Part shown: positions 6,909 through 12,309 of the stretch, one piece after another | How positions within the stretch are numbered: the stretch's first letter is position 1 | Layout: every line of letters begins with the position of its first letter | Assembly (NCBI GenBank): GCA_034408725.1 | Contig: JAWXCN010000116.1 | Span: 1 to 12,309 of the forward strand | Source: Candidatus Hydrogenedentota bacterium | GTDB lineage: Bacteria > Hydrogenedentota > Hydrogenedentia > Hydrogenedentales > SLHB01 | Length of the DNA stretch: 12,309 nt | Reading direction: 5' to 3' | Notes under the pieces: generated by a model | Database searches by the model: none | Told to the model about the DNA's origin: nothing | What the model saw: the letters and a program-made list of their open reading frames with translations, nothing else | Translations under genes and position numbers: made by a program

Positions 6909-9001
6909 CATTTGTCACGAAAGCCGCCGCGCTTTTATTTTGCGGAGCGTTTGCCGCCACCGCGCAATCCAGCGCCGGAATGGACAAACCTCCGCGCACC
7001 TGGGACCCGGAAGTTGTCGGCCTGTTCGCCACGCTCCCCGTCCAGGAGAGCGGCCGGGTAAAGCCGCTCAGTACTGTAGCCGGATTTACGCTGTTGAAGA
7101 TCAACGGCAAACGAGAAGTATCGCTCCCGGACAATACTAAACTCTCACCGACCGAGTGGATGCTCGACGTCATGTTTTACCCCGAGGCCGCCGAGAGTTA
7201 CGAAGTCTTCATCGTCCACTCTTCCGACGTAATCGACGCGCTCGGCATCGAGCATGCCGGGAAAAAGAAGCGGGACCGTTATTCCTACGCAGAGTTGAAG
7301 CCTGGGCTCGAAAAGCTGTTCCAGCTTGCGCAGGAATATCAGGAACGGACGCAAGGCGACACCAAATCGCTGTCGCGGTTTGAAGGCCAAATCGTCGATC
7401 TTGCCTCCAGCGTATTCATGTATCAGAAAATCACGCATTACCTGGATTTTGGACGATACGAGTTTCAATTGCCGGAAGGTTCGGTCTTGGCCGAGGTGCT
7501 TCCAGCGCCCCGGATCACGGCCGTGCTCGCAAAAGAGACACAGCTTGGCGTGTTCGCGTTTGTGCTCGAACAAGGAATTGACAACCTGGATGCGCGGCTG
7601 TCACCCGAACAGACGAAGCAGTTGCGAGAGGCGCTGCCTCCCGGTTTTGCGACGATGGACGAGACAACGCGCGCGCAAACCGCGCAACAAATCAATGCGA
7701 TCATGGAGGACACGCGGCTGATGATGGGCCGCGCTATGGGCCTTGCGCTGTTTCCGCCCGCCAAGGGCATCGAGAACCAGGATAACTGGTTGACCCCGGC
7801 GGATATCGTTGGCCACGTTTCCCACGACCACGAAGGCGTCGCGGAACAGATGGGCATGCTCGTGGATTTGGAAGAACTTGTGCGCCAACGCGACAACCCG
7901 CCCGCGTTCATGGAGCAGCTTCAACGGTTCCACGGCGAAATAACCACCCTCGCGACCGCGCGCGGGGAGTACGCGCGGATACCGCTTGAAGTGCGGTATT
8001 ACAAGTTGGACCTTTTTTACAAAGCCCTTATCTTCTTTGTCCTGGCGTTTGTCGTGACCGCGTTTGCGTGGATGGCGTCGTCCAAACGCTGGGTATCCAA
8101 CCTGGCGACGCTGTTGTTGTTCCCTCCGGCGATCCTGCTCATTGCAGGGATTGTGATGCGTTGCATCATCCGCCAACGCCCACCGGTAAGCACGCTTTAC
8201 GAAACAATCCTGTTTATCACCGCAATTGCAGTGGTGGTCGCGATAATCATAGAACTGATGAACCGCCAACGTATCGCGCTATCCATCGGCGCTATCCTCG
8301 GCGCGATGGGCATGTTTCTGGCCTACCGATTCGAGGCACAACAGGGCACCGACACCATGCCCCAACTGGTCGCGGTGCTTGACACCAATTTCTGGCTCTC
8401 CACACATGTGACTACCGTTACAATCGGTTACTCCGCTGGACTGCTCGCCGCGGCCATTGCGCACGTCTATATTCTGGGCAAGCTGTTCAAGATTAAGCGC
8501 GGCGATGAAGCGTTTTACAAAAGCATTTACCGTATGACCTACGGGGTCCTTTGTTTCGGCCTGCTGTTCTCCACTGTCGGAACGGTGCTCGGCGGAATTT
8601 GGGCAAACGATAGTTGGGGACGATTCTGGGGCTGGGACCCGAAGGAAAATGGCGCGCTCATGATCGTGTTGTGGAACCTCGCCATCCTCCACGCGCGCAT
8701 GGGCGGATACCTGCGCGATCTGGGCGTCGCCATTGCCGCGACGTTTGGCGCAATCATCGTCGGCTTCTCCTGGTGGGGCGTGAATCTGCTCGGCGTTGGC
8801 CTGCACAGCTACGGTTTCACAAGCGGCATCATGAAATGGTTGATCACGTTCTACGTGATCGAACTCGTCGTCGTTATGTTTGGATTCTTCGTCTGGTTCC
8901 GCCAAAAATTCGCGGCGCCCGTCACGCCTCCGCGGCCTGTATCCGAACCTGCCCCGGCAACGCCCCGGAAAAAGCAGCTCCCGGCAAAAGCGCAGGAATA
9001 A
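6905..9001 (+). CDS. ccsA: Cytochrome c biogenesis protein CcsA/ResC with a large N-terminal extracytoplasmic domain, 698 aa
   Basis: AAGGAAGG RBS, ATG 6905 overlapping the resB stop. LPVQESGRVKPLST, RPPVSTLYET, VLDTNFWLSTHV, WWD motif GGIWANDSWGRFWGWDPKEN, ILHAR and GLHSYGF; multiple TM helices in the C-terminal half. Confidence 0.95.
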   Translation: MTFVTKAAALLFCGAFAATAQSSAGMDKPPRTWDPEVVGLFATLPVQESGRVKPLSTVAGFTLLKINGKREVSLPDNTKLSPTEWMLDVMFYPEAAESYEVFIVHSSDVIDALGIEHAGKKKRDRYSYAELKPGLEKLFQLAQEYQERTQGDTKSLSRFEGQIVDLASSVFMYQKITHYLDFGRYEFQLPEGSVLAEVLPAPRITAVLAKETQLGVFAFVLEQGIDNLDARLSPEQTKQLREALPPGFATMDETTRAQTAQQINAIMEDTRLMMGRAMGLALFPPAKGIENQDNWLTPADIVGHVSHDHEGVAEQMGMLVDLEELVRQRDNPPAFMEQLQRFHGEITTLATARGEYARIPLEVRYYKLDLFYKALIFFVLAFVVTAFAWMASSKRWVSNLATLLLFPPAILLIAGIVMRCIIRQRPPVSTLYETILFITAIAVVVAIIIELMNRQRIALSIGAILGAMGMFLAYRFEAQQGTDTMPQLVAVLDTNFWLSTHVTTVTIGYSAGLLAAAIAHVYILGKLFKIKRGDEAFYKSIYRMTYGVLCFGLLFSTVGTVLGGIWANDSWGRFWGWDPKENGALMIVLWNLAILHARMGGYLRDLGVAIAATFGAIIVGFSWWGVNLLGVGLHSYGFTSGIMKWLITFYVIELVVVMFGFFVWFRQKFAAPVTPPRPVSEPAPATPRKKQLPAKAQE

Positions 9002-9053
9002 CAGTTCGCCGCGGGTCCACTGAAACCGCCTCCTAAACGTACGCACGCTGTTC

Positions 9054-9069
9054 GTAATCCTCCGGTAAT
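9054..9069 (+). promoter_or_regulatory. Candidate OmpR/PhoB-family tandem binding site GTAAT-N6-GTAAT
   Basis: GTAAT at 9054-9058 and 9065-9069 (11-bp period), about 80 nt upstream of the first gene of a block that encodes an OmpR-family regulator. Confidence 0.35.
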
Positions 9070-9149
9070 GTTCGTTCGTGCAAACTGCACGGAATCAACT
9101 CCGGCGTTTTACCTCGGTGACCGGTACTGGCCACCGCAAAAGGAGGCCA

Positions 9150-9902
9150 ATGAACATGCGCCCAAAGCTATTCAAACTGGTTCAGGCAGTATGCGCTGCG
9201 TCACTCGTCACATTGGGCGTCTTCGTCCTGCCGGGATGTCCGACTGACACGCCCACCGCGTGCGAGTGTCTGCCGACAGCCTACAATCCAGTCATCGATC
9301 CTGAAAATTTTGTCAAGAACATCGATAATCCCTATTTCCCTCTGGCGCCGGGGACGGTGATGACCTACGAAGCCCAAACTCCCGAAGGAACGGAGGAGAT
9401 CGTCGTAAGGGTGTTGAAAAAGAAAAAAACCGTCCTGGGTGTAACCTGCACCGTCGTGCGCGACACGGTTAAGCTCGAGGGTGAAGTGATTGAAGACACC
9501 TACGACTGGTACGCCCAGGACAAGGACGGTAACGTCTGGTATATGGGTGAGGCGTCGATGGAGTTTGAAAACGACATGGTCGTCAGCACTTTTGGGTCTT
9601 GGGAAGGCGGCGTGGATTGCGCTAAACCAGGCATCATCATGCGCGCGACCCCGAAAATAGGCGAGAGCTACCGGCAGGAGTATTATCCCTGCGTCGCGGA
9701 AGACAAGGCCAAAGTGGTTTCGCAAACGGAGACCGTAACCGTGATATACGATACCTTTGACGATTGCATCGAAACCGAAGAAACCACTCCGCTCGATCCC
9801 GATGTGCTGGAAATGAAATTTTACGCACCCGGAATAGGGCACATTCTTACGCTCGATGACGGCGAACGCGCCGAAGAACTGATAAGTATTACGACTGAAT
9901 AA
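9150..9902 (+). CDS. Putative lipoprotein of unknown function, 250 aa
   Basis: AGGAGG RBS at 9141-9146, ATG 9150 (or 9156). Lipobox VLPG-C. Motifs IDNPYFPLAPG, EDTYDWYAQDKDGNVWYMGE, SWEGGVD, PGIIM, YRQEYY and KFYAPGIG recall a widespread uncharacterised family. Confidence 0.85.
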   Translation: MNMRPKLFKLVQAVCAASLVTLGVFVLPGCPTDTPTACECLPTAYNPVIDPENFVKNIDNPYFPLAPGTVMTYEAQTPEGTEEIVVRVLKKKKTVLGVTCTVVRDTVKLEGEVIEDTYDWYAQDKDGNVWYMGEASMEFENDMVVSTFGSWEGGVDCAKPGIIMRATPKIGESYRQEYYPCVAEDKAKVVSQTETVTVIYDTFDDCIETEETTPLDPDVLEMKFYAPGIGHILTLDDGERAEELISITTE

Positions 9903-9931
9903 TTCCCACCAACCATTAAGGAAACCGGAAC

Positions 9932-10684
<753 letters not shown>

Positions 10685-10732
10685 AGCCCGGACTGGCGGC
10701 CGCGTTATGATGGTGTGGCAGAGGCTACATCC

Positions 10733-11407
10733 ATGCGCGTTCTGTTGGTAGAAGATTCGAAGCGCCTGCAGACCTACATTGCGAAAGGTCTGCGGGCCGC
10801 CGGCTGTGTGGTTGACGTCGCAATCGATGGCGAGGAAGGTCTGTGGCTCGCGACCGAAAACGAGTATAACGTCATCATTCTCGATCTTATGCTTCCCAAA
10901 ATGGACGGCATATCGGTTTTGCGGCAACTGCGCGCGCACAAGCGCAAAACCCACGTCCTCATCCTCACCGCAAAGGATACCGTGCCGGACCGCGTCCATG
11001 GTCTGGAGCAAGGCGCCGACGACTATCTCGTCAAACCGTTCGCGTTTGAAGAGCTGCTCGCGCGCACTCAAGCCCTCGCGCGGCGAAGCTACGGAAGAAA
11101 GGATGCGCGCATCGCCATCGGAGATGTAACCATTGACACCACGCGCCGCACCGTATCCCTGAATGAAACGTCGCTCGATCTTCGGCCGCGCGAGTACGCA
11201 TTGCTGGAGTTGCTGGCGCTTCGACAGGGCGAAGTCGTCACGCGCACAGAAATTGAACAGCATATCTACGATGATCTCGCCGAGCCGTCCAGCAACGTCG
11301 TCGACGCGGCCATCTGTATTCTTCGCAAAAAAATCGACGCCCCCACCGGCCCGTCGCTCATCCAGACAAGGCGCGGTATCGGATATGTGCTCGAGGGGCC
11401 GCCATGA
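10733..11407 (+). CDS. OmpR/PhoB-family DNA-binding response regulator, 224 aa
   Basis: GAGG before ATG 10733. MRVLLVED, ILDLMLPKMDG (phospho-acceptor Asp), LILTAKD, GADDYLVKPF, and winged-helix SNVVD...LRKKI...IQTRRGIGY. Confidence 0.96.
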   Translation: MRVLLVEDSKRLQTYIAKGLRAAGCVVDVAIDGEEGLWLATENEYNVIILDLMLPKMDGISVLRQLRAHKRKTHVLILTAKDTVPDRVHGLEQGADDYLVKPFAFEELLARTQALARRSYGRKDARIAIGDVTIDTTRRTVSLNETSLDLRPREYALLELLALRQGEVVTRTEIEQHIYDDLAEPSSNVVDAAICILRKKIDAPTGPSLIQTRRGIGYVLEGPP

Positions 11408-12309
11408 CGCGATCCATACACGGCCGCGTTGCGGCGGGTGTGATGGCGGGCCTTTTCGTGGTGCTTACCCTTTGCGGGTCTGCGCTGTACCTGTATGTGC
11501 GCCACGCGCTCACGGCCAACTTCGACGATGCGCTGGCCGGCAAAGCGCGCGCTTTTGCCGCGCTAAGCAAGCAGGACGAAGAAGAGTATGAGGCAATCGT
11601 CATTGGGCTCGATCAGTTACCGCAGTCCGCGCGTGAAACCGTGCTTCGCGCGCTCGATAGCAGTTCCATCGAGGACCTCGAACAGATCACGCATGAGGGC
11701 CGGCTGTTTTATAAGGTCGAGACCATCCGGCGCGGCGTGGAAAGTGAATTTCTCGTGTCGGGCGATGGCGTATACCTGGGCGTATCCGACGAGTTCGATT
11801 TCGCATTTGACAAGGCGGCATTGCCGGAGTTTCAACCCTCGTCAAAGGCCGAGTATTACCATGTGTGGGACGAAGACAACGATACGGTGGCGAAATCACC
11901 TTCGCTTGGCGAAGCCGCCCTTGCCATTCCCCATGCCGTTGCCACGTCTCCCCGGACCTACAATATCACGCTGCCCGATGGCCGATCGGGCCGGGCCATC
12001 GCTCGACAATTCATCCCGCGTAGCGATGGCCCTGGCGAGAATGAACCGCTTACGCTGGTCATGGCCCAATCACGCGAAGGCCTCGACCAATCGCTGCGCG
12101 TCGTTCGCACGGGTCTGTTGATGGCCGCGGTGCTGACCGCGCTCGCCATCATTGCCGTGGTGCGGCTATCCGTGCATGTCGGGTTGCGCGCGCTCAATAC
12201 TTTGGCGTCGCAAGCGGCAACCATTGATGCGGACACGCTGGCGTATCGTTTTCCGGCGGACGGGATGACGGCTGAACTCGCGCCCATTTGCGAGCGATTA
12301 AATGAATTG
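11404..12309 (+). CDS. Two-component sensor histidine kinase, N-terminal 302 aa (3'-truncated; not in the ORF track)
   Basis: ATG 11404 overlaps the regulator stop (ATGA) and the frame stays open to the window end. MTRSIHGRVAAGVMAGLFVVLTLCGSALYLYV (TM1), extracytoplasmic loop, LLMAAVLTALAIIAVV (TM2), then HAMP-like GLRALNTLASQAATIDADTLAYRFP...AELAPICERLNEL. The HisKA and ATPase domains would lie beyond the window. Confidence 0.88.
   Translation, partial: MTRSIHGRVAAGVMAGLFVVLTLCGSALYLYVRHALTANFDDALAGKARAFAALSKQDEEEYEAIVIGLDQLPQSARETVLRALDSSSIEDLEQITHEGRLFYKVETIRRGVESEFLVSGDGVYLGVSDEFDFAFDKAALPEFQPSSKAEYYHVWDEDNDTVAKSPSLGEAALAIPHAVATSPRTYNITLPDGRSGRAIARQFIPRSDGPGENEPLTLVMAQSREGLDQSLRVVRTGLLMAAVLTALAIIAVVRLSVHVGLRALNTLASQAATIDADTLAYRFPADGMTAELAPICERLNEL

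Noticed and set aside
9078-9149. GTG start for the lipoprotein
   Set aside because: AGGAGG before 9150 and the lipoprotein signal geometry favour 9150 or 9156.
10706-10711. TATGAT as an internal promoter for the response regulator
   Set aside because: No convincing -35 at the proper spacing; cannot be supported from sequence alone.
11588-12121. 177-aa track ORF and other short ORFs in this region
   Set aside because: They are alternative frames overlapping the sensor kinase frame that starts at 11404.

Overview
GC-rich bacterial DNA with every credible gene on the + strand, in three blocks. (1) 2-4387: the 3' part of a xanthine dehydrogenase/PaoABC-family molybdo-flavoenzyme locus (Mo subunit, then FAD subunit), a perfect 20-bp hairpin, an easily missed 67-aa four-Cys protein, a secreted Cys-rich DUF1326-like protein and a secreted hypothetical protein. 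(2) 4415-9001: a sigma70-type promoter with a Rex-like operator ahead of a tandem-domain lipoprotein, resB and a long ccsA (System II cytochrome c maturation). (3) 9054-12309: a lipoprotein, a triple PepSY-like protein with an Asp-rich tail, an OmpR-family response regulator and the 5' part of a sensor kinase absent from the ORF track. Most striking: the kinase's extracytoplasmic loop contains an ungapped 58-aa copy (25/58 identities by hand count) of the first PepSY-like repeat of the neighbouring secreted protein. Also notable: the FAD subunit keeps a PaoB-type cluster insertion but lacks the [4Fe-4S] cysteines, and sits beside the four-Cys protein. The host lineage (PVC- or Hydrogenedentes-like) is only an impression. 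All family calls come from recalled motifs, not database searches.
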